From NCBI GenBank assembly GCA_001791615.1, contig MGEY01000054.1, positions 1 to 41,135 of the forward strand: a stretch of DNA of 41,135 nt, in the 5' to 3' direction. Position 1 is the first letter of the stretch, and each line of letters opens with the position of its first letter. The stretch is from Candidatus Uhrbacteria bacterium RIFOXYA2_FULL_40_9. Lineage in GTDB: Bacteria > Patescibacteriota > Patescibacteriia > UBA9934 > GWF2-40-263. Positions 24,287 through 32,502 of the stretch are shown here, one piece after another. A program made the translations under genes and the position numbers. Below the pieces are notes generated by a model. It made no database searches and had not been told where the DNA came from. It saw only the letters and a list, made by a program, of their open reading frames with translations.

Positions 24287-26283
24287 ATAAAACACACACA
24301 GAACAACGGATTCAGAAACTTCGTAAACTGATTAACGAACATCGTTACGCCTATCATGTGCTTGATCAGCAAACTTTGTCTGATGCAGCTTTGGATTCGT
24401 TAAAACATGAGTTATATATGCTTGAACAACAACACCCCGAGCTTATTACTCCAGATTCTCCCACACAGCGTATTGGAGGAGAACCCCTCAAGCAGTTTGA
24501 AAAAGTGACTCATCGTAAACACATGCTTTCCATGGAAGATGTTTTTACGTATGAGGAATTTTCTGTGTGGTTTGAACGGGTACAAAAATTATCAAAGACC
24601 CATTTTTCTCTTTTTTGTATGCCAAAGCTTGATGGATTGGCTATCACACTGCAGTATCAAAATGGGCTTTTTTCTGTGGCTGCTACACGCGGGAATGGAC
24701 AAATAGGGGAAAATGTCACACAGAACATAAAGACCATTGAGTCGATCCCTTTACAACTTCGTCCAGTCAAAGAGGTGGATCTTTCCGGTATGATTGAGAT
24801 TCGTGGAGAAGTTTATTTTCCCTTGAAGGCATTTTCTACATTCAATAAAGCTCAAGAAAAAAAAGGAGAAAAGATTTTTGTGAATCCACGCAATGCAGCT
24901 GCTGGCTCTATCCGTCAACTTGACTCCCACATGACCGCTGGACGTGGGCTTGCGTTTGTGGCTTGGGATTTAGTGACAGATTTAGGACAAAAAGACATGT
25001 CACAAAAATGGAAGCTTTTGGAGGAGTTTGGTTTTAAGCCAGCTCCTGGAGCAAAACTTTGTCATTCTCTTCAAGCTGTGCAAGATCACTGGAAGGATTT
25101 ACAAGAAAAACGAAATAGTTTGGATTATTGGATTGATGGAATGGTAGCGCGTGTTTCTGAAACAGAAGTTTTCGATCGCTTAGGTGTTGTAGGAAAAACT
25201 CCTCGTGGATTGATTGCTTGGAAGTTTCCTGCAGAAGAAGCAACCACGGTCGTGAAACAGATTGATTGGCAAGTTGGGCGTACAGGAGCACTCACTCCTG
25301 TGGCAACTTTTGAACCTACTTGGGTTGGTGGCACAACAGTGCAACACGCTTCTTTACATAATTATGATGAAATTCAACGTCTTGATGTTCGTGAAGGGGA
25401 TACGGTCATTTTGTATAAAGCTGGGGATATTATTCCAAAAGTCAAAGAAGTTCTTTTTACACTAAGGTCAAAAAAATCTCTTCCTGTGGTTTTGCCAAAG
25501 AATTGTCCTGTGTGTGGTTCTTTGATCAAAAAACAAGAAAGGGAGGTTGCTCTCTATTGTACGAATACGCGTTGTTTTGCTCAGGATAAAGAAGCCATTT
25601 TACATGCAGCTCGGGCATTTGAAATTGATGGTCTTGGCCCACAGATTATTTCCACGCTTCTGGAAGCACATCTTATTTCTCGGCCTTCAGATCTTTTCCT
25701 TCTTAGGCCAGAAGAATTGTTAGAGCTTGAAGGATTTGCTGATCGATCAGCTCACAAACTCGTGGGAGAGATCCAATCAAAAAAACAAATTTCCTTGGCA
25801 AAGTTCATTGTCTCTCTTGGCATACGCAATGTTGGAGAACAAACAGCTGTTGATCTTGCGAATCATTTTGGCGATCTTTCTGCTTTGAGAAAAACAGGCA
25901 TGGAAGAATTGATCAAGATCGAACAAGTGGGAGAAGTTGTAGCAGAAAGCATTTGCCAATATTTTGAAGCAGAACATCATCAACACCTCATTGATTCTTA
26001 TCTCGAGCACGGAGTGGTTGTTCAAACACAGAAAAAATCAGAAGAAAAAACTTTTTTCACGGGGAAAACCATTGTTCTTACAGGAACGCTTGAACAGTTT
26101 AGTCGAGAGGAAGCAAAAGCACTTATTCGTTCAAAAGGAGGACATCCTGCGTCTTCTGTAAGTGCAAAAACAGATTTTGTTCTTGCTGGATCTGATCCCG
26201 GATCAAAATATGAGGAAGCCAGGAAGCTTGGGGTGAAGATATTGTCGGAAGCGGAGTTCTCCGCTATGCTTTCAAAGAAGTAA
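24283..26283 (+). CDS. ligA: NAD-dependent DNA ligase LigA
   Basis: Start MNKTHTEQRIQKLRKLINEHRYAYH (ATGA overlap with the pilD stop). KLDG adenylation lysine, a Zn finger (CPVCGS...C..C), HhH region and BRCT tail. Confidence 0.95.
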   Translation: MNKTHTEQRIQKLRKLINEHRYAYHVLDQQTLSDAALDSLKHELYMLEQQHPELITPDSPTQRIGGEPLKQFEKVTHRKHMLSMEDVFTYEEFSVWFERVQKLSKTHFSLFCMPKLDGLAITLQYQNGLFSVAATRGNGQIGENVTQNIKTIESIPLQLRPVKEVDLSGMIEIRGEVYFPLKAFSTFNKAQEKKGEKIFVNPRNAAAGSIRQLDSHMTAGRGLAFVAWDLVTDLGQKDMSQKWKLLEEFGFKPAPGAKLCHSLQAVQDHWKDLQEKRNSLDYWIDGMVARVSETEVFDRLGVVGKTPRGLIAWKFPAEEATTVVKQIDWQVGRTGALTPVATFEPTWVGGTTVQHASLHNYDEIQRLDVREGDTVILYKAGDIIPKVKEVLFTLRSKKSLPVVLPKNCPVCGSLIKKQEREVALYCTNTRCFAQDKEAILHAARAFEIDGLGPQIISTLLEAHLISRPSDLFLLRPEELLELEGFADRSAHKLVGEIQSKKQISLAKFIVSLGIRNVGEQTAVDLANHFGDLSALRKTGMEELIKIEQVGEVVAESICQYFEAEHHQHLIDSYLEHGVVVQTQKKSEEKTFFTGKTIVLTGTLEQFSREEAKALIRSKGGHPASSVSAKTDFVLAGSDPGSKYEEARKLGVKILSEAEFSAMLSKK

Positions 26284-26313
26284 ATTTTGAAGAAACATTT
26301 ATCAAAGATTTTT

Positions 26314-26619
26314 ATGGAAATACAAGATCATGATATTCAACACATCACGCAACTGGCACGGCTTTCTTTTGGAGAAGATGTTGAACAAATAAAAAAACAA
26401 TTAACCTCCATTCTCGATTATGTCGATGTTTTGCAAGAGGTTAACACAAAAGATGTTCCTGTGTTTATGCATGCCGTGGGTCAAGAAAATCATTGGCGAG
26501 AAGATGAAGTCGAAGCCTGTTCAGAAGATACTCGTACTCATCTGGTTGATGCTTTTCCTCTTAAGCAAGGTGATCTGTTGGAGGTACAAGCCGTTTTTGA
26601 AAATCGTGAATCAGCCTAA
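26314..26619 (+). CDS. gatC: Glu/Asp-tRNA amidotransferase subunit C
   Basis: Small acidic protein (IQHITQLARLSF...VDVLQEVNT) immediately upstream of gatA. I preferred the ATG at 26314. The ORF-track start at 26287 is a TTG. Confidence 0.8.
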   Translation: MEIQDHDIQHITQLARLSFGEDVEQIKKQLTSILDYVDVLQEVNTKDVPVFMHAVGQENHWREDEVEACSEDTRTHLVDAFPLKQGDLLEVQAVFENRESA

Positions 26620-26621
26620 AT

Positions 26622-28073
26622 ATGGATATTACACACGCAACCCTTAAAGAACTTTCCACACAGCTTCAATCCGGCGCACTGACAAGCGAACAAATTGTTA
26701 CTGTTTTTTTGAAACAGATTGAAACACACAATACAGAACTCAAGGCTTTACTTGGTGTGGCTGAAGATGCCTTAGACCAAGCAAAGACTATTGATGCGCG
26801 AAGAAAAGCAGGAGAATCCTTACACCCTCTTGCAGGAATTCCAATTGTGCTGAAAGACAATATTCTCGTGAAAGGATGGAAAGCCACGGCAGGATCAAAA
26901 ATGCTTGAAAACTATCACGCCTCTTATGATGCCACGGTTGTCACACGATTGCGTCAGGCTGGCATGATCTTGCTTGGTCGCGCCAATATGGATGAATTTG
27001 CTATGGGATCTTCCACAGAAAATTCTTTTTTCGGGCCAACAAAAAATCCTTGGGATACACGCAAAGTTTCTGGAGGATCAAGTGGAGGATCGATTGTTTC
27101 TGTGGCCGCAGGCTTTGCTCCTGTGGCACTTGGATCAGATACAGGTGGTTCTGTACGTCAACCCGCTTCACTTTGTGGCATTGTTGGACTCAAGCCAACC
27201 TATGGTCGTGTTTCGCGGTTTGGTTTGATGGCTCTTGGATCAAGTCTTGATCAAATTAGTGTTGCTACCAAAACTGTGGAAGATGCTGCCATGCTTCTAC
27301 AGGTGATTGAGGGAGAAGATAAAAAAGATGCAACAACAAGTGTTTTAGAAGAAACAACCATTCCTGCTTTGCTTGAGCCTTCTGTGAAAGGGTTGCGATT
27401 AGGCGTTCCAAAAGAATATTTTGTGGAAGGAATGGATTCAGAAGTGAAGTCTTGTGTAGAGGAAGCTATTGAGCAGTTGAAAATTGCAGGTGCAGAGATT
27501 GTAGAAGTGTCTTTACCTCATACCCCTTATGCAATCGCCACGTACTATCTTATTCAGATGTCTGAGGCAAGTTCGAATTTAGGAAGATATGATGGGGTAC
27601 GTTATGGGTACTCTTCTCAGGCTGGCACACTTAAACAAAGTTATGAGCAGACACGCGAAACTGGATTTGGAGCAGAAGTGAAACGTCGCATTCTTCTTGG
27701 AACATTTGCGCTTTCTGCAGGATATTACGATGCCTATTATAAAAAAGCTTCACAAGTAAGAACCCTTATCAAACAGGATTTTGATCAAGCTTTTACTCAA
27801 GTTGATGCACTTTTGACTCCAACCTCTCCTTCTGTGGCGTGGAATCTTGGAGAAAAATTTGAAGATCCTTTAGCAATGTATCTTTCCGATATTTATACAG
27901 TTTCAGTGAACCTTGCAACAGTTCCAGCTCTTTCACTTCCTTGTGGATTTGCACACGACCTTCCCGTTGGTTTGCAAGTAATTGCACGCCCATTTGATGA
28001 GCAAATGTTGTATCGTGTGGGAATGACTTATCAAACCATGACAGATTGGCATACCAAAACGTCCTTTGTATGA
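26622..28073 (+). CDS. gatA: Glu/Asp-tRNA amidotransferase subunit A
   Basis: Amidase signature GGSSGGS...GSDTGGSVRQPA. Typical length. Confidence 0.95.
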   Translation: MDITHATLKELSTQLQSGALTSEQIVTVFLKQIETHNTELKALLGVAEDALDQAKTIDARRKAGESLHPLAGIPIVLKDNILVKGWKATAGSKMLENYHASYDATVVTRLRQAGMILLGRANMDEFAMGSSTENSFFGPTKNPWDTRKVSGGSSGGSIVSVAAGFAPVALGSDTGGSVRQPASLCGIVGLKPTYGRVSRFGLMALGSSLDQISVATKTVEDAAMLLQVIEGEDKKDATTSVLEETTIPALLEPSVKGLRLGVPKEYFVEGMDSEVKSCVEEAIEQLKIAGAEIVEVSLPHTPYAIATYYLIQMSEASSNLGRYDGVRYGYSSQAGTLKQSYEQTRETGFGAEVKRRILLGTFALSAGYYDAYYKKASQVRTLIKQDFDQAFTQVDALLTPTSPSVAWNLGEKFEDPLAMYLSDIYTVSVNLATVPALSLPCGFAHDLPVGLQVIARPFDEQMLYRVGMTYQTMTDWHTKTSFV

Positions 28074-28828
28074 TTCCGTATATAGCGACAACTGGATGGG
28101 CTTTGGGTCCTTTGTGGATTCAAAGTTGGGGATTCATGGTTGCTTTGGGAATTCTTACTGCCACTTTTGCAGCTTCTCGACTTGCAAAAACTCGCGGACT
28201 TCAATCAGACAGCATTTGGAATCTCACAACTTGGGTGATTTTGGGAGCTTTTGTTTTTGGACGACTGTTCCATATCCTTTTTTATGATCTTTCTTTTTTT
28301 ATGCAAAATCCTTGGGAGGTTTTTGCTATTTGGCACGGAGGGCTTTCAATTACAGGGGGATTTTTAGGGGCTGCACTTGTCGGAATTATTTATTTGAAAC
28401 GAAAAAGATTAGATGTTTGGTCTTTTACTGACACAGCAATATTTGGATTACCTTTAGGGTTATGGATTGGAAGGATTGGATGTTTTTTGATTCATGACCA
28501 CCCAGGAAAGCCTACAAATTTTTTCTTGGGCGTACGCTATCCAGATGGGATTGTCCGGCACGATCATGGACTTTATCTTTCTTTGAATGGTTTGCTGATG
28601 TTTCTTGTTTTCTTGATGCTTGCGAAGCGAAAAGTGCAAACAGGAACTTATATGATTGTTTTTTTAATATGGTACGGTATGGTTCGCTTTGTTCTTGATT
28701 TTTATCGAGCCACAGAAGGAGCGATTGTGGACGAACGGTATGGACATCTCACTCCTGCGCAATATGGAAGTGTTATCATGATCGCCTTGGGGATATTCCT
28801 GGCTGTTCGTATGAAAAAATACGCCTGA
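28070..28828 (+). CDS. lgt: Prolipoprotein diacylglyceryl transferase
   Basis: ATGA overlap with the gatA stop. WHGGLSITGG and GRIGCF motifs in a polytopic membrane protein. Confidence 0.88.
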   Translation: MIPYIATTGWALGPLWIQSWGFMVALGILTATFAASRLAKTRGLQSDSIWNLTTWVILGAFVFGRLFHILFYDLSFFMQNPWEVFAIWHGGLSITGGFLGAALVGIIYLKRKRLDVWSFTDTAIFGLPLGLWIGRIGCFLIHDHPGKPTNFFLGVRYPDGIVRHDHGLYLSLNGLLMFLVFLMLAKRKVQTGTYMIVFLIWYGMVRFVLDFYRATEGAIVDERYGHLTPAQYGSVIMIALGIFLAVRMKKYA

Positions 28829-28839
28829 TAATTATTTCT

Positions 28840-29601
28840 ATGCCAAAAATTCCAAAGTTTTCTCCTGAAATTGCAAACCTGCTTGGTCTCAAAGAAAAGG
28901 ATTTTGTGGTTTACACTACTTTATTAAAGCTTGGCACAGCTCCTTTAAGATCTGTGGCACAAGAAGCAGGATTAAGCCGAGGAACAACGTACGATGCATT
29001 AAAATCTTTACTTCAAGCAGGACTCATCAGTTACGTAAACGCAAAATCACATCGTTATTTTACCTGTGAAGATCCACAAAAGTTACGTGGTCTTGTGGTA
29101 CGACGTGAAGTTGCGATTCAAGAAGCCCGAGAGAAAGTGGAAGAGTTTATTCCTTCTTTGCAAGAATTGCTTGGGTGGAGCAAACATCGACCTGTTGTTC
29201 GGTACCTTGAAGGAGAATCTGGTGTGCGTGATATTCTGGAAGATGTTTTGAAAGAAACGAAAAAAACAAAAACAAAAACGTATCGCGTTTATTCCTCTGC
29301 AGCAATTCGTGATTTGATTGCAAGCGCTTGGACTGGATTTTTGCAAACACGCATTCGTCGAGGAATTCATGTACGTGCCATTTCCATTGGAAGTGGCGGG
29401 AAAACTGCAGGGCTTGATGAACGACGATGGCTTAGCAGAGAATCTGCATCGCCTACATACATCTTTATCTATGCTGACAAGACGGCTTATGTTTCTGTGG
29501 ATGAAAAGAAACGACTTTTTGGAGTAATGATTGAGGATGAAGGGATCGCAGAAACGCAAAAGAGAATCTTTGATGCCATGTGGGGATTTCTTGGATCATA
29601 A
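28840..29601 (+). CDS. TrmB-family HTH transcriptional regulator
   Basis: N-terminal winged-helix (LGLKEKDFVVYTTLLKLGTAPLRSVAQEAGLSRGTTYDALKSLLQAGLI), then a coiled region and a C-terminal domain. Confidence 0.75.
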   Translation: MPKIPKFSPEIANLLGLKEKDFVVYTTLLKLGTAPLRSVAQEAGLSRGTTYDALKSLLQAGLISYVNAKSHRYFTCEDPQKLRGLVVRREVAIQEAREKVEEFIPSLQELLGWSKHRPVVRYLEGESGVRDILEDVLKETKKTKTKTYRVYSSAAIRDLIASAWTGFLQTRIRRGIHVRAISIGSGGKTAGLDERRWLSRESASPTYIFIYADKTAYVSVDEKKRLFGVMIEDEGIAETQKRIFDAMWGFLGS

Positions 29602-29629
29602 AAACCACTGACAGGAATCAGTGGTTTTT
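29601..29629. terminator. Bidirectional terminator between convergent genes
   Basis: AAAA-CCACTGA caggaa TCAGTGG-TTTTT. Confidence 0.75.
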
Positions 29630-29638
29630 GAAAACTTT

Positions 29639-30007
29639 TTAAGACCAAAAGCCTTTTGTTTTTTTATCAGAAGGTGGGGTTGAAGCAGGGGGGCTTACTG
29701 GTTTTCCAAACGATTGAATAAGAGTCACAATGCGTTCCATTTCTTGTTCAACAAGCGGTCCTTCATATTCTCCAGAGTGAGCAGTGGTTCCTTCATAGCT
29801 CGCTTTTTTTTGATCCACATGCAAATTGATTTGTATGCCTCCATCACGATCCTCAATATAGGCGTGAAAGCGGGGATAGTGATCTTGAGAAAAACGACGC
29901 GCATAACTGAGTTGCTCTCCACCATGACCGCGGATTTCTCCATAGCCAGCACGTCGTATTAAATCTCGTGCAGTGCCAGATAAGGGGCCAGAAAGAAAGG
30001 TTTTCAT
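29639..30007 (-). CDS. Hypothetical protein (GC-rich islet B)
   Basis: I chose the start at 30007 (MKTFLSGPLSGTARDL...). The ORF extends to 30079, but that would overlap the divergent gene's SD and ATG. Pro/Ser-rich C-terminal tail. No motif recognised. Confidence 0.55.
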   Translation of the reverse strand: MKTFLSGPLSGTARDLIRRAGYGEIRGHGGEQLSYARRFSQDHYPRFHAYIEDRDGGIQINLHVDQKKASYEGTTAHSGEYEGPLVEQEMERIVTLIQSFGKPVSPPASTPPSDKKTKGFWS

Positions 30008-30034
30008 ATGCAGACAGTGTAGCATCATCTTATC

Positions 30035-30064
30035 TTGACAAAAAGGGTTTGTATCAGCTAATCT
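30035..30064 (+). promoter_or_regulatory. Sigma70-type promoter TTGACA-18-TAATCT
   Basis: TTGACA at 30035-30040, TAATCT at 30059-30064, followed by AAGGAGG at 30080-30086. Confidence 0.5.
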
Positions 30065-30091
30065 TGTGTGTCTTTGCAAAAGGAGGAAACC

Positions 30092-30787
30092 ATGCGAAGA
30101 CTCACAGGTGTTCTTTTCATCATCGCTATCATCTCTACTTTTCTGTCTACCAGTCTAGCTCTTGCTGACGGGGATTCTTCATCCACGGTCGGTCAAGCTG
30201 TGAGCCAGGAGGATGCGCAGGCCATGCGCGAGCAGATGGCGATTATGGCCAAGAGTCTCGGACTCAAGGTCACAGACCCTGACGGCAATGAGGTAACTGC
30301 TTCGGCTACAGATATGGCTCAGGTCGCAGATAAAGCCCTCGACATGGCCAACCAGCGAATTGATCAGCTCATCGACGGCACATCGACCTTGGTCGGTCAG
30401 CTCTCGGTGGTCATGAAGAATGTGGCTCCTGAGATTTGGCGCATCATGATCACCCAGCAGTACGTGAAGGCTGTGGCTGATCTAGCTCTGCCTTTGGCAT
30501 TACTGGGAGTTTCTGCGCTTTTCTGCTATCTCGTGACACAGAAGTTTATTAAGAAGGAAGATCATGAGGATAATAATGCAGAGACGGCGAGGCTTCTTAT
30601 CGGTTGGTGGATTCCCGTGTTTGTTGGATTGGTTTTTGCCATGTGGTCTGCTATCGCATTCAGTAATTCGGTAAAGTATGTGATCAATCCAGAATACTAT
30701 GCAGTTCGAGATATCATGGTGTTGATCAGCAATCCTGAAAGTTTGATTGAAGGTGATGGTGGTACTGCTCAGCAGTCACGCAAGTAG
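30092..30787 (+). CDS. Secreted protein with two C-terminal TM helices, unknown function (GC-rich islet B)
   Basis: AAGGAGG lies 5 nt upstream. Signal peptide MRRLTGVLFIIAIISTFLSTSLALA|DG. Two later hydrophobic helices. High G+C. Confidence 0.7.
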   Translation: MRRLTGVLFIIAIISTFLSTSLALADGDSSSTVGQAVSQEDAQAMREQMAIMAKSLGLKVTDPDGNEVTASATDMAQVADKALDMANQRIDQLIDGTSTLVGQLSVVMKNVAPEIWRIMITQQYVKAVADLALPLALLGVSALFCYLVTQKFIKKEDHEDNNAETARLLIGWWIPVFVGLVFAMWSAIAFSNSVKYVINPEYYAVRDIMVLISNPESLIEGDGGTAQQSRK

Positions 30788-30796
30788 TTTAACGTC

Positions 30797-30824
30797 AAGA
30801 CGACACACAAGTCGTCTTTTTTTT
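30797..30824 (+). terminator. Rho-independent terminator
   Basis: AGACGAC acacaa GTCGTCT followed by T8. Confidence 0.8.
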
Positions 30825-31033
30825 GTTGTAAAGGAGTAAAAAAATATTTTTTGTGTTTTTTGAAGATACAGGAAAAGATAGATTGTTTGTTTGTACAAGT
30901 AACAAGGTATTGGTACTATTCATTCATACAGATTGGAAAAAAACATTTGCTGAAATATCAATGAATTTTCATCGGCTTTTCGGTCATTTAATCGAGGAAA
31001 AAGCATTATTAAAAATTTGTAATTCGGAAAATA

Positions 31034-32422
31034 ATGAAATACATAACAGTAACAAATATATCGAAGAATAATCTGAAAGGATTTTCAGTTAAAATACCGT
31101 TGCAAAAATTGGTTGTTATTGTTGGTCCAAGTGGAAGTGGTAAATCCACCTTGGTTCATGAAGTATTATATAATAATTCAATCAAGAACGAGTGGGATAT
31201 AAAAAATCTACCGAAAGTTATTGAGATTCTTAAACAAAAAGTTATTCCCCCAAGGGATTCAAAATTGAGTTTGGGTGAATTTAATTTTGATCAATTAAAA
31301 ATGAAATTAGCTGCAATTCATAAGGGAGATCTGTTGATAGTTGATGAGCCTTGTGCTGGATTTTGCGAAAAAGAACGAAAGGTAATTTTAAAAATGTTAA
31401 AAGATAAGGTTAAGCAAGGATATTCAATAATCGCAGTTGAACATAACAAGGAAATCATTGCTAATGCTGATTATATTATTGAACTTGGTCCAGGCGCTGG
31501 ACGATATGGAGGAAAATTGATTTTTGAGGGAAACTTAACTGAATTCAAAAAGTCTGGAACCATTACCGCCAACTATGTTTTTAATGCAAGCAAGGACATA
31601 TTTAAGCAAGGAATAATTGAAAAAGGAAAAGAGGTGACAATTTCAAAAATATCCGCTGGAAACTTTAACAATGACAGTTTTACATTTCCGCTCATAAATT
31701 TAGTTTGCTTAACGGGCTGTTCTGGTAGCGGAAAATCAACCTTACTAAATGTTGTGTATCGTGCATTATACAAAGGTAAAAATGCTTGGAAAATCAGGCT
31801 AAAAACAGTCAATGTTAATGGAAAATCAAATGTGCGTAGGTCGTTTATTGTTCCGCAATCTCCGATTGGGGATCATCCATCAAGTACACTCGCGACCTAT
31901 GTAAAGGTTTGGGATAATATAAGAGAGATTTTTGCAAATGAAAAATTATCAAAGCAATCAGGATTAACGAAATCTAATTTCATTATTTCTAAGAGTATTT
32001 TAGAGGCCAAAAGCGATTTTCCAAAAGATGTTTTGAAAGTTCTCTATCAAGGAAGAAATATCAAAGAAGTTGCAAATTTAACTATTGACGAGGCATTGGA
32101 AATATTCAAAAGCGATACTTTGATCGTAAGAAAATTGGAATTTTTGCAAGAGGTAGGTTTAGGTTATCTAGTGCTTGGACAAAAATCAGGCTCTTTGAGT
32201 GGTGGAGAATCTCAGAGAGTAAGAGTTGCAAAAATTCTTTCAAAAAAATTAGGTGACAGATCAGTTTACCTTTTTGATACTCCAACCAGAGGTTTACATC
32301 TTAAAGATATTCCAGTCCTTGTAGATGTTTTTAGAAAAATCATAAATAAAAACAACACAATTTTGATAGCAGACAACAGAGAGGAGATATTTCATTATTG
32401 CGACTATCGGATAAATCTTTAA
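31034..32422 (+). CDS. Miniature UvrA-like tandem ABC ATPase lacking zinc modules and the UvrB-binding/insertion domains
   Basis: UvrA-style N-terminus NNLKGFSVKIPLQKLVVIVGPSGSGKSTL, LLIVDEP, IIAVEHN..ADYIIELGPGAGRYGG. The second half has GCSGSGKST, PQSPIG, LGYLVLGQKSGSLSGGESQRV and YLFDTPTRGLH. It is 462 aa, against about 940 for canonical UvrA. Confidence 0.75.
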   Translation: MKYITVTNISKNNLKGFSVKIPLQKLVVIVGPSGSGKSTLVHEVLYNNSIKNEWDIKNLPKVIEILKQKVIPPRDSKLSLGEFNFDQLKMKLAAIHKGDLLIVDEPCAGFCEKERKVILKMLKDKVKQGYSIIAVEHNKEIIANADYIIELGPGAGRYGGKLIFEGNLTEFKKSGTITANYVFNASKDIFKQGIIEKGKEVTISKISAGNFNNDSFTFPLINLVCLTGCSGSGKSTLLNVVYRALYKGKNAWKIRLKTVNVNGKSNVRRSFIVPQSPIGDHPSSTLATYVKVWDNIREIFANEKLSKQSGLTKSNFIISKSILEAKSDFPKDVLKVLYQGRNIKEVANLTIDEALEIFKSDTLIVRKLEFLQEVGLGYLVLGQKSGSLSGGESQRVRVAKILSKKLGDRSVYLFDTPTRGLHLKDIPVLVDVFRKIINKNNTILIADNREEIFHYCDYRINL

Positions 32423-32502
32423 AGATGTTTTTGTTCTAATTTAATATATTGTTCAAAAGCAAAAGCATTAGCAATATCTATATTCATTAATGAACAAAGT
32501 CT

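Noticed and set aside
26287-26313. TTG start at 26287 for gatC, as given by the ORF track.
   Set aside because: The ATG at 26314 gives a GatC of typical length. The extension adds a basic peptide that does not resemble GatC. It remains possible.
29083-29559. 158-aa minus-strand ORF opposite the TrmB-like gene, and likewise 38630-39166 opposite the islet C membrane protein.
   Set aside because: Both are antisense shadows of genes with clear motifs or signals on the + strand.
30825-31033. Searched the left edge of the AT-rich islet for a direct repeat of the tRNA-Ser 3' end (att-like duplication).
   Set aside because: The best by-eye match (tgaagatacaggaaaagata against ggagaggacaggattcgaac) shares only about 10 of 20 positions, with a 6-mer core. 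That is not distinguishable from chance. There is no integrase either.
30853-31071. 72-aa ORF upstream of, and overlapping, the UvrA-like gene start, as a possible third islet gene.
   Set aside because: It starts at a non-ATG codon, overlaps the well-supported UvrA-like N-terminus out of frame, and has no signals or motifs.
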